A stretch of 64,000 nucleotides of DNA, taken from contig NW_027266297.1 of assembly GCF_022045235.1 (NCBI RefSeq), positions 19,344,001 through 19,408,000 on the forward strand, given 5' to 3'. The position numbers and the translations under genes are program-made. Numbering within the stretch: position 1 is the first letter of the stretch; the number at the start of each line of letters is the position of its first letter. Shown in pieces: positions 35,278 to 47,967 of the stretch. Source of the DNA: Haliotis cracherodii (taxonomy: Eukaryota). Below the pieces are notes generated by a model. The model was not told the DNA's origin and ran no database searches. It saw only the letters and a program-made list of their open reading frames with translations.

Positions 35278-37640
35278 GATGGTTTGCGGTCAAATTCACG
35301 TCCTGTGACAAGCCTATTCCCCACTACCGCAAGGTGGCGAACCTTGCTTCCTCAGACTGCGACACGTTTCTGATTGGCGGGGATCATGAAGTAAATGCAG
35401 TGCAGATTTACAGGCAACAATCTTCCCCACAACAAAGAGTTCTCTATCCTGGCGATGTTCTCAGAATGGGCAACTTGTACGTGGCCACAAGCAAAGTGAA
35501 AAAGTCCATATTTTCAAAATCCGTTACACTTGAAGAGAGATTTCTATTATGCACAGACCTGACCGACAGAGAGGTAATGCTTCCTATCAACGCTACGGGT
35601 GTTTTCTATATCCTGAAGCACAAGACAACTCAAAAACCTACCATAATGCAGGTTAAAGATATCATCGCCAAAGCGCAATTACCCTGTAAGGTCAAGCTGG
35701 TATTTGGACGGATTCCGCCGACTCCATGTATATTTACTGGGGTTTTGAATTTAAACGAATTTCATCTCGAAACCTCAGCCATCGTGTCTTCAGTTTTCAA
35801 CCTAAGGAATATACTTCTGGAGATTCCAACTACCATTCCTCTGATGTTCAGAGTGGCTAAGTCTGACACTTCCCTTTTAAACAGCAGTGGGTATACACGT
35901 GCGATGGGTCTGTGCCAAAATAATGCAGAAATGTATATGAGGAATATTAAAGCAGCTCAGGGTTTGCCAACAGAAGTGAACAGAAACCATACTACACCTC
36001 CGGCGCGTCGAGATAAACAAACCAATGAAACGACCGCCGACTCCAAACCTAATGCTGCTGTCAATATGGATTCCAAAATAAACGAAAAGAAATCCGCTTC
36101 ACCGATAGAGGTCAAGTCTCTTCCACGAGTCCTTCCAAAACCATTGAATCTTACTGGAAGTATGCCTGACACTGAAGCAGATGATAATGTGACCCCCGAC
36201 GTTCCACCTAGAACACCACTAAAACCAACAAAGCTGCCCTCTTTTAGCCCCCCACAACATCGAGTAGTGAAATTAGGAGCATCAGTTGGATTTGGCACAG
36301 CGCCTAAGTTAGTAGTTAGATCATCACAAAAAGTCAGGCCACTTGCTCAGCCACCTGCCTCTAACAAACCAAAACAAGAGAGCTATGAGTCTGTGTGGAT
36401 TGAACCAAAATCTAGTACATCGCCGCCTACTCCACCCAAATGTGTTCCTTCTAGTTATGTCCATCCAAAACCACCTCAAAAGGTTCAAACAAAGAAAACA
36501 ATAAGAATAAGTACCACTTATGGCTATCTGACTGTCCCAATGTATTTGAATGACGATGATTCAGATCCTGAAGAGGTCATCAACCTGGCAGACAAGATTA
36601 ATTTTTGGCAGCGTATAAGCACATCTGACCTAGATGGTTCCAGTGTGGACCCATTGAACCCTTCTGATGATGACATTGGAGCAGGAAGGAGAGGATGTTT
36701 CACATACTCTGAAACAGGTGGCCCGACAAAACGTGACTATGCAACAATGCTACCAGCAAAGCGACAAGAGAATGTGATGGTGTATGAAAACATACAATCC
36801 CTCAGGCAACTTACATCGGGAAACAGTGGAAGTGTTACAGAAGCTCTGGCTTGCCCTTCCTCTCATTCTGAGCCTTTTGCCGATGATGTCAATGTCACAG
36901 ACTATGAGATGCCTGATAGGCCAAAAACAAGTCTAGATGAAGATGATGGATCCAGTAAAAAGTGGAAGAAGAATCAGACTGGTGGTCCTCCTGCTCCACC
37001 TCCCAAGCCAACGAAAAAGGAGGCCATAGCATCCTACACTCGGGGAAAACATCATTTACCAACAAAAGAAGATGTGATTTATGAATCTCCTGATGAAAAG
37101 AAGCTTGTTACTGCTTCACATATTTCAAAAAAAAAATTTCACCAAATACATGACATTTACGAACCTGTTGACAAATTTGGGCAGAAAGAAATTACTTTCC
37201 AACCTTCACATTTGAGTTCCAGCGCAGATGATGTGGTGTATGAATCTCCTGATGATCGTTATCATTTGGAGCAGATACCAAGTCCATCACCACCACACGT
37301 GATGGAGGATGTTATTTATGAACCTTCTGACAATAGGAGGCAAGGAATGTGTGATTCTCCGTGCGCGGACTCTGGTATCGGCATAATGGATGAAGGGGCA
37401 GATGGCAGCTCTACTATTGTTGCAATGTCCGCAGCAGAAGTGAATGACAAGTTAAGGCAAGCAGGTGGCATCAAGCAGAAAACATTGGCCCTACTGTTAA
37501 ACAATAACATAGATGGTCGTCAACTGTTTGACATGGGTGAAAATGGTTTGCAGTTGAAATTTCCTTCCATTTCAAACATTGAAAAAAGAATGATCAATTT
37601 GTTTATACATGGCTGTCAATCTGGAGTGTTTAAATTGTAA
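35278..37640 (+). CDS. g3 coding exon 2: CABIT remainder, Pro/Tyr-motif tail and C-terminal SAM-like domain
   Basis: Acceptor TTTGCCTTCACAG|GA TGG TTT; PHYRKVANLA..LYPGDVL..FLLCTD..EVMLPI..GVFY; PDVPPR; C-terminal MSAAEVNDKLRQAGG..NNIDGRQLFDM..KRMINLFIHG fits the SAM pattern. Confidence 0.94.
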
Positions 37641-39249
37641 CATCACTCTTTGACATGTTTCGTTGCCCAGTATTATATAGATATACATAGAGTCCCAACT
37701 TGAAGTAATAGACACACAACACAGCGCTACTCAGATAATGGGACATTCATACGATGCTTTATTCCGAGTGCTCAAATTCTTGTTCATTTGAACATTCATA
37801 CTGAAGACTCAGGGTGGAATACTACAATCTGTGCAGTGTGACAAGCCCCTTCGTGGTGTACCCCGTGATACTGCTGAAATATTCTGCCGACCAAAATATA
37901 TGTATACACCCGTGTTTGACGGTGGCTAAAAATGAAACAAACAAGAATGTTTTTTGGATGGCGATGTACTTGATACAGGCATCTTAATTCACTTGTGCTT
38001 TGGACCTTAGGTTTGCAGTGTATCGGCGACTGTTTTCAGCCTGGTCATCGGAATTTCCTATTGTATACTTTCTTCTGCAGTTTAGTTCACTTACACATAT
38101 ATTCACATCTCCTCCATCCCCACGAATACAATAAAATATCGATGTATTAATAAAAACGACAAAACCCTTTCCATATTCATTAGAAGACTCTGCCAAAATT
38201 CTATTGTACGATTCCCACTATATATCACGAGAATGTGTTTATGAACTAACCCTGTTTCATAGGTGGCACCCGTCACAAACAAATTGCAACAGTAAGTCAA
38301 TTGTTCACTGGAGAATTTGTTTTTAGAATTTCTCGTATTTTTGCTGGCTATCATGATCATTTGGCTCTTAAAAATGGCGAAATTATGGTTCAATTTATTT
38401 CAGTTATTTAAATATTTGTTGTATATTTATTCATGTTACGTTTTTATAGATTGTAATTAATTAGCATTGGCAACATGAACCGGACAGGAACACCTAGATA
38501 TCAACCCGTAAAACCATTTGATGAGTGAATGTTGTTTTACTACACAGTTAGGAATACAACTGCAATTCGCGATCTCCTCTATTACGATCATTTAAACCTG
38601 TGAAGCTGTTGTAGTTTTTTTGTGATGCCGAGTTTATTAAAATAGTTCAGACAGTTCTTATCTAAATTAATACATTACCTTTAGGGCTGTCGTATTTAAC
38701 AAGAATATTTGCCTATATTGTTTACTATTTGTCATGACAGCCATACATTTCACTGTATTGGTAGCTTTAAGATTTATTGAATTAGTTTGGTAATCTTGTT
38801 TTTATGTATCAGCATTAATATGTTTGTGGACGAATAAGAGATATCAAGATATGGACTGTTGTTTAACTGGAGAATATTCGTTGAAATCAAGCGCACTTGT
38901 TACCTCGATATTCACATGATTTGTTAAATTAATGGTGATAAAATTAGTTCTATTCGTATATAGTTTTTCATTTTTTCATTGTTACAACAATGTTTGAACA
39001 ACATTTTTTTTCAGTTCTAACACAGAGTGTTATTGATTTCGAAGCATTAACCTGGATGTGAAGCATGTCTTTGACGTTTGATACTTTGTGAAACGCACGA
39101 ACACGGGTATGTTGATAACAAACCTAGAAATTCGAACCAACAGTCACATACATTGTATATGTTTCTGGCACACAACACACCTTTGGCAACTGGGCCACAA
39201 TAACGGGACACAGTGAGTCCCAGAGTCTGACCACCCGATGCTCCACAAG

Positions 39250-39400
39250 ACGTTTGACAATAGGGATGACTTCAACTTTAAAATTGTCAACCTTCCATTT
39301 ATAACGAGCAATATTCCAGCAGCTCTATTCTCTGGTGTTTACTTTATACAACTATTGAGGTACAATAGCGCATGCTCTTTCTACGAAGATTTCAAAGGGC
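39250..39400 (+). mobile_element. Fragment of a Penelope-like retroelement ORF (region C-terminal to the reverse transcriptase)
   Basis: FDNRDDFNFKIVNLPFITSNIPAA..GVYFIQLLRYNSACSFYEDF resembles the recalled YDKRDDF..IVNFPF..SNIP...YGVY.SQL.RY..ACS motif of Penelope-like elements. Confidence 0.7.
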
Positions 39401-39452
39401 GTTATAGGGAGGTGATAGTGATGATAATAGGTGTTCGCGAAAAGGTGAGCGA

Positions 39453-39690
39453 GGGGCCAAGTCGTCTAAGGCTGTCAGAGGTGCGTCCCTTGGGCGCGCC
39501 AAACCTTTGATTGTGGGTTCGAATACCGGTTATATTTCTAGGTTTGTCAGCACCATACCCGTGTTCGTGGGTTTCACCGAAGTGGTAAACATCTGAGACC
39601 TGCATCACTTCGGGTTTTCCTCCCTGACACGCCGCGATATAATTGCAATACTACGAGCGGCGTTAAACCCCAACTCACTCACACACTCCA
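39453..39690 (+). mobile_element. SINE family B with internal deletions
   Basis: GGCCAAGTCGTCTAAGGC..GTGGGTTCGAATACC..GGGTTTCACCGAAGTGGTAAAC..GCGGCGTTAAACCCCAACTCACTC. Confidence 0.85.
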
Positions 39691-40020
39691 AAACATGGTG
39701 TGTAATAAAAAATCTTCATCTAGGCTCGGTGCTTTCTCTAGCATATGAATGAAAGTTATAGCGGCACGAATCAATACGAATATTCATCGTTTAGATTAAT
39801 TTGACTTTGACTAAAGTTTAAATAAGTGAATAATTCAAACCTTAATCCTTTGCCATCCTGTCATAATTTGTTAGGAAAGGTATTAAAGTTGAGAGCCTAA
39901 CAAGAACTGTGCAACTAAATTTATGGACATTGCCACCAAAATACATGGCAGATACATTATCAAAGTAGAGTCACGTGAAAGTATACAGTCACGTGTAAGT
40001 ATTACCAGCTCTTGAAGGAG

Positions 40021-40326
40021 GTGAGGTGAGGTGAAATGGGGTTTAACGTCGCGACCAAGATTATTGCACTTATATAGCGACGTGCATGTACGTGTGTGTG
40101 TGCTTGTGCTAGTCCGGACTCATGCCGATTTAACATGAATACCTCACTCAGAAACAGTATACTGACTCCGAGCCGACCAGTCCTTGTTTTAGCCCCTTAA
40201 TGCCGAGCGCCAGACAGGGTAACAACAAGTACCATTAACGTTTTTTGGTATGACGCGGCCGGGGATCGAACCCCGGACCTTCCGCTCCCCGGGCAGACGC
40301 TCTACCACTAGACCACGGAGGCGGTC
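40021..40326 (-). mobile_element. SINE family D, full length
   Basis: tRNA head GACCGCCTCCGTGGTCTAGTGGTAGAGCG..GGTTCGATCCCC and (CCTCA)n tail; perfect 13-bp TSD GCTCTTGAAGGAG. Confidence 0.92.
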
Positions 40327-40748
40327 GCTCTTGAAGGAGCATGTGAGGATGAAATGAGGGTTATCCACGTTCGCCTTCAGATTATACTCGATTTGGTTGT
40401 GTCAATGTCAGATGAACGAAGTTGCAAGATTGTTGATACGGCGTTAAAAAATAATCACTCACTCATTCAAATGTCATATTCCTGTTAAGGTCGTGTAGTT
40501 TCGCGTCCATATTTGATATGGATAAGAAAGAGATCCGTGATGACAAAGAAATGAAAATTGGAAAAAGGCTCCAGCCCATGTTCTTTGTGGAGGAACTACA
40601 ATGGAGGATGGCTACAAGAGGGATATCATATTTTGTAAAGCCTGTAAATTGTCTGAATTTCAGAAGGCAAGGTATGCAACCATTGTATAACCGTAATAAA
40701 TGTCAGTTGAACACTGTTTCCACTGGCAATGCGTGTCTAATGACAGAT

Positions 40749-41027
40749 AGTGAGTGAGTGAGTGAGTGAGTTTGGTTTAACGCCGCTTTTAACAGTATTC
40801 CAGTTATATCGCGGTGTGTCAGTTTAATGTGGGAGGAAAGCCCGAAGTGATGCAGGTCTTAGACGTTTACCACATCGGTGAAACCCACGAGAACGGATAT
40901 TTTGCTGACAAACCTAAAACCATAATCGGGGCGAACGGGATAAAACCCACAATCATAGGTTTCTGGCGTGCTCAAGGGACACAACTCTGCACAGCGAATC
41001 GCGGCGACTGGGCCACCCGTGCCCCCT
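40749..41027 (-). mobile_element. SINE family B, full length
   Basis: Reverse complement of family B with a (GAGT)n tail on the + strand. Confidence 0.9.
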
Positions 41028-44000
41028 TATGACTAATACTGTTTGAGATGCATTTATAAAATAACACAAAAACGTCATTTCAACTAATAGCATTAAATAC
41101 AATTATATTGCTTTGACTAAACGAAAAGCAAATTCATGAAGTGAGGTGACCATGTAAAAATAACAAATAGTTAGTACCATAATGTACTCAGAATAAATAG
41201 TTTCTTAATGTGATGGTAAGCCAGCTATAAATTATCTTTTTCTTTTATATTCTCATAAATATCTATTACAAAAAAAGTTAGTAAAAGATATTGTTTGACA
41301 CAAATAGCGAGCGAGTTGGGCTTATCTTCTTGAGGCAAGGGATTTAACTGACTGTAAAAGTCCAGATTCCATCCTTGCCCCCTGGACAAAAGCATTTCTC
41401 ATTTGTACTTCAGAACTTTGAAAGTAGCCTGTATGTAGGTCACGGGACTGCTCCTTACGTTGTTTCAGTACTTCCGGTGACACACAACGTTTCCCGGCAA
41501 TGGCGATAGCAGTGCTACGTCGGACAAAGCCAGGGTAGTCATATTCGGTGCGCGTTAGTGTAATTTAGAAAACCATGACACTTGAGTTAGGTAGCATGAA
41601 TAGCAAGTATGTGCTTGTCAAAGCAGTTGCAGTGTTGACAAGACGTCCTATGGACGATGTCAAACTGGCCGCTTCCAATTCATAAATTGAGGTAAGTTTT
41701 CATTTTTCGCCCACTTCTGGTATAATTGTCAGTGTTGATAAGTCAATACTGATCGCCATCATCACATGTTCAGTGATGATGGCGTTGAAATATGAGCAGA
41801 AACAGTCGTTTCTGGGACGCGTTTGTTTTAATTTTGTTGTTTTTTATTGTCAAAAAGAAAGAGGGAATTTGCAATTGTCAATTAACTTATGCTCCCCGTT
41901 TATGCGTCAAACAAGGTTATGGCAAATTACCATAACGTCTATCCTGAGCCTTTTCCAATGTTACATGTTCAGTTCTAAGAAAGAACGTCACAGAATTATA
42001 TCCTTTTCAGGGGAGATGACACAAACTATAGTCAAAAGTAGGTCCGTTACGTGCATGTTGACAATGTAAAGTGTTATGAATCTTTGTCAGTACTTGTAAA
42101 TATCTCCAAGTAATCATGTTGCACAAAGATACTTATAGGGGTACCTGTGTTAATAAGAAAAGATATGAGCAAATATCTTGATGATAATGTTTTGTGTACT
42201 GAAAAATCAGGTTTTATTCACAAAAACCTAATGATGATTAAATCCTCCCAATGTTTTTTTTAAGATCTCTGAAAAGTGACCTCACTTTAATGTAATCTAT
42301 ATTCTGTACGATGCAAAAAAAACTGATCATGACAACCCATTTAGCATTTGTTTAGCATATTCATTTGAAGCTAAAATCTATATGCTTAATTTAACATAAT
42401 TTAGTTATATCTTGATGTAAGCATCGTAAGGAATTGTTGGTATTTGTTATGTGTTCTCATAAGTGGTATTGATCTTTTGTAGTTGACCTGATTTCCATGT
42501 TTGAGGAGAGAAAGATTTCCTTCTGATATTCACGTGTAAATGTATATGTATCACCAGAATTACCTTTGACGCCAAGCATAACTGCACCCCAAGAGCAACA
42601 CGGACTGTAGCAGATCTTCAGAGTTCTTTGAATATTTTGTGATCAAGCATTACCTTGCCTTTTAAAGAACAACTCGTGTTGTCTTTACAGTTGTAAACAT
42701 ATTAAAGTCCTATACATTGGCAGACTGAAGTACGGGTTCTGTTAAATATGTCTGTGACCTTCAGAATGCACCATGTACTCTGGACACTTGCTGGAATAGG
42801 ACCTACTTGTCATCAACATGGTGCTGCAGACCATCTTGGGACTCGCACAGAAAGTCCAGTCTGAATCTAGATACTGACACTAGTAACAGTGCATGTTGTT
42901 GAAAATATTCCAATTCACACTGTCACAATTATTTGTCCAGGCATGGCATTTCGAAATATTTGCAAAGAATGTTTAATATTTTGTGAGTATTCATGATATT
43001 TGAATAGAATTACTGAATAAATCTAAGCTTATTATTGTCTTTTAAGTGTGGATAATGCCCACAATAGAATTTGTTTATGATTTCTGGTATCAGCCATGAT
43101 ATTGAATTGATATTGAATATAATATCATAACAATACACACTGAATGTATGATAATATGGGTCAAAATGTTCTTATAAAATACAACAGATGTTTATCAATG
43201 AAAATAAAACTTAACCAATGGCATAGCAGCTATTGCTTTATGAAATCAGCTATATCAGGCTTCCAGCATGCAAATACATTGATTCATAGCCCAATAGCCA
43301 ATAAAAAATATTCTTGACCAGTAAATTAAAACAGATTGGCCTAAATGGATGGTGTAAAATATGAAACGTCAGCAAGGTTTAATTGGCAGAATATTTGAAA
43401 TACACCAATATATGAAAACTATGTGCAATTGTTTCTCTGAATCAAGTCAATATCGTTGTACTAAATCGTGTTCATCAATGTTCACTGAATGATTGATAAG
43501 TTTGATGTGGTTTTTTTATGTTTATAAAAGACGTTTCACATATAGTCCTTTTTGTGTGCATGTTGAGAGGACCTTCATTTATTTAAGTTAAATTTTTTTG
43601 GGAACAACATATGTACAGACAGTGCAAAGTAAACCTATTTGACATGCATTAATCACTGTCATTTATCCAAAGTAGAGTAAATCATTCAATTTCTCTCAAC
43701 CTTTTATTATTTCAACAAACCTTTCTCATGGTCTTTGAGTCTTTCTTTTTAATTTCAGTCATTTGGACTTCCATACAGTCATCGTGTACACGTGGATGAG
43801 AGTAAAATTGTAGTGCAAGTCTCCTAAAGTGCAAAAAAAACAATACTATTAAGAACAGTATCATATCTATTCACATTAAATATCCGAAATAAAAGTTGTT
43901 AGTTACACAACAATTTATGCACATGCTTTCTATATTACATAAAACCCTATTGTCCCGTTCATAAATTAAAAATAATAATAGCTTTCTACTTATAAGTAAC

Positions 44001-44664
44001 AAATTAGTTTTTGAGAAAATTGCTAACTTCAAGTAAATAAATCTGATTTTACGAATTCCATCCTCCAAATCTTGCCTAATTTAATGCCTAGTCAAACTAT
44101 CAAGCCAACTATGACGACATGTCAATGGCGGTGAAAACCAAGCGTGGTAGTATACTTGATCCCATCTAGCAAAGTTATTTTGGGCGGTCACGCATTGCGA
44201 AAGCAGAACTAGTTCATGAGTATAGGCATGTCACCGGAAGTAGCGCCGCGAGACTTATGGGCCCTATTTTTCATTTCGCCGTGAACCCTGAACCAGTACA
44301 TTTACAGTGTTTGCCGGGTCGATCTATAATCTAATTAAACATGGCCATAAGCTCAGATCAACCCAACCAGGAAAAAGGCTGTAAATAGAGGCGCGTGATA
44401 TATTTATCCAGCAAAACAAATAAACACATATCAAATGTTTTAATTTACAAGATTCAAAGAACCTTATCTAACATCGCAGGCTACATTTGAAAGATACTGA
44501 TGCTGCACACCAAGCACTGTTGTTAGATTACACTGAGATTTAGGTTATATTTAGAAGGGATAAATTTGTCTTTCGTGTGAAGAGTGCCAACAAGGAAGTA
44601 CAACACTTATTATTGACACGATGTTCCATGACTACACAGGACTAAGGATAGCAGATCTCGCACA

Positions 44665-44977
44665 ATGTTCCACAAGGCATCTTTGAATATCCGACCCCAG
44701 GAGATTGTCGCCAGGCCGAACCTACAATGGGAGGTGGGCGCATACTCCTTGGATGACATTCTACAGAAGTACCCCCTCCCACGTGTGGTGCAGTGTGCCT
44801 ATACACTCAATGATGACATATCCACTGAGAAGTCCAACTTTGATTTTCTTCAGCCCATGTTGTTGTACCAGAAGCATGTGTGTAACAAGGTGACAGCAAC
44901 CAGTCTCAATACTGATCCTCAAACTGGACACACGGTGGAGGTCGGGGCACCCCTCCTCATACCTGAAGATTACAAAG
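44665..44977 (+). CDS. g4 coding exon 1: CABIT-domain protein; spliced product about 552 aa
   Basis: MFHKASL..VARPNLQWEVGAYSLDDILQKYPLPRVVQC..LLIPEDYK G|GTAAGT donor, phase 1. Confidence 0.9.
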
Positions 44978-45607
44978 GTAAGTAAACTTATGTTGGAGTG
45001 AATGAAAAGTGTGCAATGGTCATATAGAGGAGACAGAGCTGGTAGAGCGAGAGAACAGTTGTTAGGAATTAGGGGCCGACCATTTTATATTCTGGTGGGG
45101 CGGAAGGGAATTTATCGAATAAAAAAACATATAATTCTTCAGGCCGTTGAACAAAAAGAAATTGCCTGCTACAAAACTTACATTCTTGCAGGGTGTTTTT
45201 CTTGAAAGAAATTGCCTGCTACAAAACTTACATTCTTGCAAGGTGTTTTACTTGAAAGAAATTCAGGCTCAAAGCTTAAAAAAACAAAACGTTTCTGCTT
45301 TGTAGCTGCAGCTGAAAACATATCTTATCTCGATACTAAATCCCAGCCCAACCTTCAACCTCATCCCCAATATCACATGGTCAGTCTCTAAGCTGGAAAT
45401 GCACTGAAATGCGTATCAAAGATGACTGTACACATGTATGTTAAGATATGCATATACTTGGATATAATATTATGAAATCGCCTCTCCAATAATTAGGATC
45501 TTTCCTGCCGAAAATATCAAAAGTCTGTCCAGCTTTACCCCCAGGAGCACCTGTCCCTTCAAATTATAAAGCATTTGATAACAATTATAGGATGCCTATC
45601 TTTTCAG

Positions 45608-46953
45608 GATGGTTTGCAGTCACATACAAGCCTCACGTCGAGCCAGTTCCTCACTTCTGCCAGGTTGGAGTGCTGGCTTCATCTGACTGCGACACGATCC
45701 TGATTGGTGGAGAAAGTGATGTGAATGCTTTGCAGGTATACAAAGAAGGTGACCTACCACAGCCAAGAGTTCTCTACCCCGGTGATGTCCTTAGTGTTGG
45801 CAACGTGCATGTCACAACAACTAAAGCGAAAAAGAAAATGTTCAAAAAATCGGTTTCGAGGGAAGAGAAGTTTCTCCGCTGCACAGATTATGCTGACAGA
45901 GAGGTACTCCTTCCCTTTGATGCTACAGGAATCTTCTATTCTCTGAAGCAAAAGAGGAAAACGGAAATTCCCATCATGCATATTAAAGACATCATCACTG
46001 ATATCAAACTTCCCTGCATAGTCAAGTTGGTGTACGGACGTTTTCCAGTCACTCCGTGTATATTTACTGGAATGTTGAAGTTGGAAGAATGCCACAAAGA
46101 TCCGTCAGTCATTGTGTCCTCTGTTTTCAACCTAAAGAATATACTTCTGGAGATCCCAGTTACTATTCCTCTGATGTTCAGAGTGGCTATAACGGACAAA
46201 TCACTGATAGCAAGTAAAGGCTATAATAATGCGTTAAGGCAGTGTCAAGAAGAGATGGAAACCTACATGAGGAATATCAAAGTATCTCAGGGACAAACTA
46301 CTGGAGCACAAGCTCAAGTCAAATCCCCACCACTTTTTCCTCAAGTCCCGATTTCTGTTCACTCGAAGACCACTTCTGACTGCATAGCCCCTGACATGTC
46401 AAGATATCCACGTAAATCTCCCAAACCTACAAATGGGAAATCAGTAACTTCTGAGTCAGCGCCTCCAGTCGACCAATGCTTCTCCGGGAGATCCTCCTCC
46501 TCCTCCTCAACACGTGCTTCATCCAAGCGTTACAATGATTACATACCAATGTGGATTGGTCCACAGACGCCTACTCCACCAACATCTGAAGGGTCTGGGT
46601 ACCCTCATTCTCAACCACCGCAGATTACAAAACAAAATTCGATAACCATAAGCACGAGAAATGGATATATGACCGTGCCGATGTATCCTCGCCACACTGA
46701 AGTCACGGACAGAGAGCAGGTCATTAGCCTTGTAGACAAGATCAACCTATGGCAGCGTATGGACACATTTGACCAGAATGGTTCCAGTCCTGATTCTGTG
46801 GATCCTGCTACCGGTGCCAGGATGCCTGGAAGGAAAGCTAGCTTCACATACTCAGAAACAGGTGAAATAACGGAGGGTGGTGATACAATAAAGCATCAAG
46901 CGACGACAAAAGGGCCGTCGATTATGTCTCAAAATATCCAAATCATGAGCTAA
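45608..46953 (+). CDS. g4 coding exon 2: CABIT remainder plus a shortened tail with no SAM
   Basis: Acceptor CTATCTTTTCAG|GA TGG TTT; collinear with g3 exon 2 up to FTYSETG..; stop TAA at 46953. Confidence 0.92.
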
Positions 46954-46967
46954 TCCAGAGATATAAA

Positions 46968-47090
46968 GGGGTCAGTGGGTAGCCTAGTGGTTATAGCTGT
47001 CGCTATAATATGTAAAGCCCATTTCTGGTGTTCCACGTCATGACATTGCTGGAATATTCCGAAAAAGCGGCGTAAAACTATACTCAGTCA
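46968..47090 (+). mobile_element. SINE family A, internally deleted, about 15 nt after the g4 stop
   Basis: GGGTAGCCTAGTGGTTATAGC..GCCCATTTCTGGTG..GCTGGAATATT..AAAGCGGCGTAAAAC; imperfect TSD CAGAGATATAAAGGGG / CAGAGTATTAAGGGG. Confidence 0.8.
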
Positions 47091-47307
47091 ATCAGAGTAT
47101 TAAGGGGACAATTTCAAAAAGCCTTGTCCTTCTCAACATTGATTTTGATTTTGGACTGGTATTCACAATATCAGAGACTATGATCCATCAACGATAAGAT
47201 GAATAAAATCACAGAGGCTACACCTTCAGGTGTATGTGCAGAGAAGGGAATAGAATGGAGTTCTATACCCTGACGACTTTTGTTCTTTATTTAATATTCT
47301 TCTTTTC

Positions 47308-47590
47308 CTGGGGGAACGGGTGGCCCAGTCGTCTAAGTCGCCGCGATTCGCTGTGCAGAGTTGCGTCCCTTGGGCACGCCAGAAACCTATGATTGTGGGT
47401 TTCGAATTATATTTCCCCCGATTATGTTTCTAGGTTTGACAGCACAATACCCGTGATCGTGGGTTTCACGGAAGTGGTAAACGTCTGAGACGTGCATCAC
47501 TTCGGGATTTCCTCCCACATTAAGCTGACACACCGTGATATAACTGGAATACTGTTAAAAGCGGCGTTAAACCAAATTCACTCGCTCACT
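47308..47590 (+). mobile_element. SINE family B, full length
   Basis: Collinear with 20454-20722. Confidence 0.9.
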
Positions 47591-47967
47591 TCTTATCCTG
47601 GTATCAAACATTCTCATATCTTTCTGTTCCTATCTGATATTGTGAAAATGACACATTTAGTATCTTATCTTACTCTGTTTAAGACTTTCCTTATCTATTG
47701 ATCTCCACGTCATTTGGATTTGTTGGGTTTATATGTGGACCATATGTTTACCATGTGGAAATGATAACAATCAGACATTTTAATTTGTATCCTGATTCCT
47801 TTGAAATGACAACAATCTCTATTAATATAACCAAGCAAATACAAACAAAACCTTGCATCATGGCCCCTCAATGTTCGGGGAAAATCCTCTGACACAGGCA
47901 TTCGTCATGTGTTTAACTGAAAGATTTTCAATGTATTCCCACTATGTGAAATGAACTTAACTGAACT

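Noticed and set aside
8700-41697. Candidate non-coding first exons (donors GAG|GTAAGA at 8782, CAA|GTATGT near 25258, GAG|GTAAGT at 41692) and nearby GGAAGT motifs
   Set aside because: Plausible positions upstream of g1, g3 and g4, but such short motifs occur by chance; transcript data are needed.
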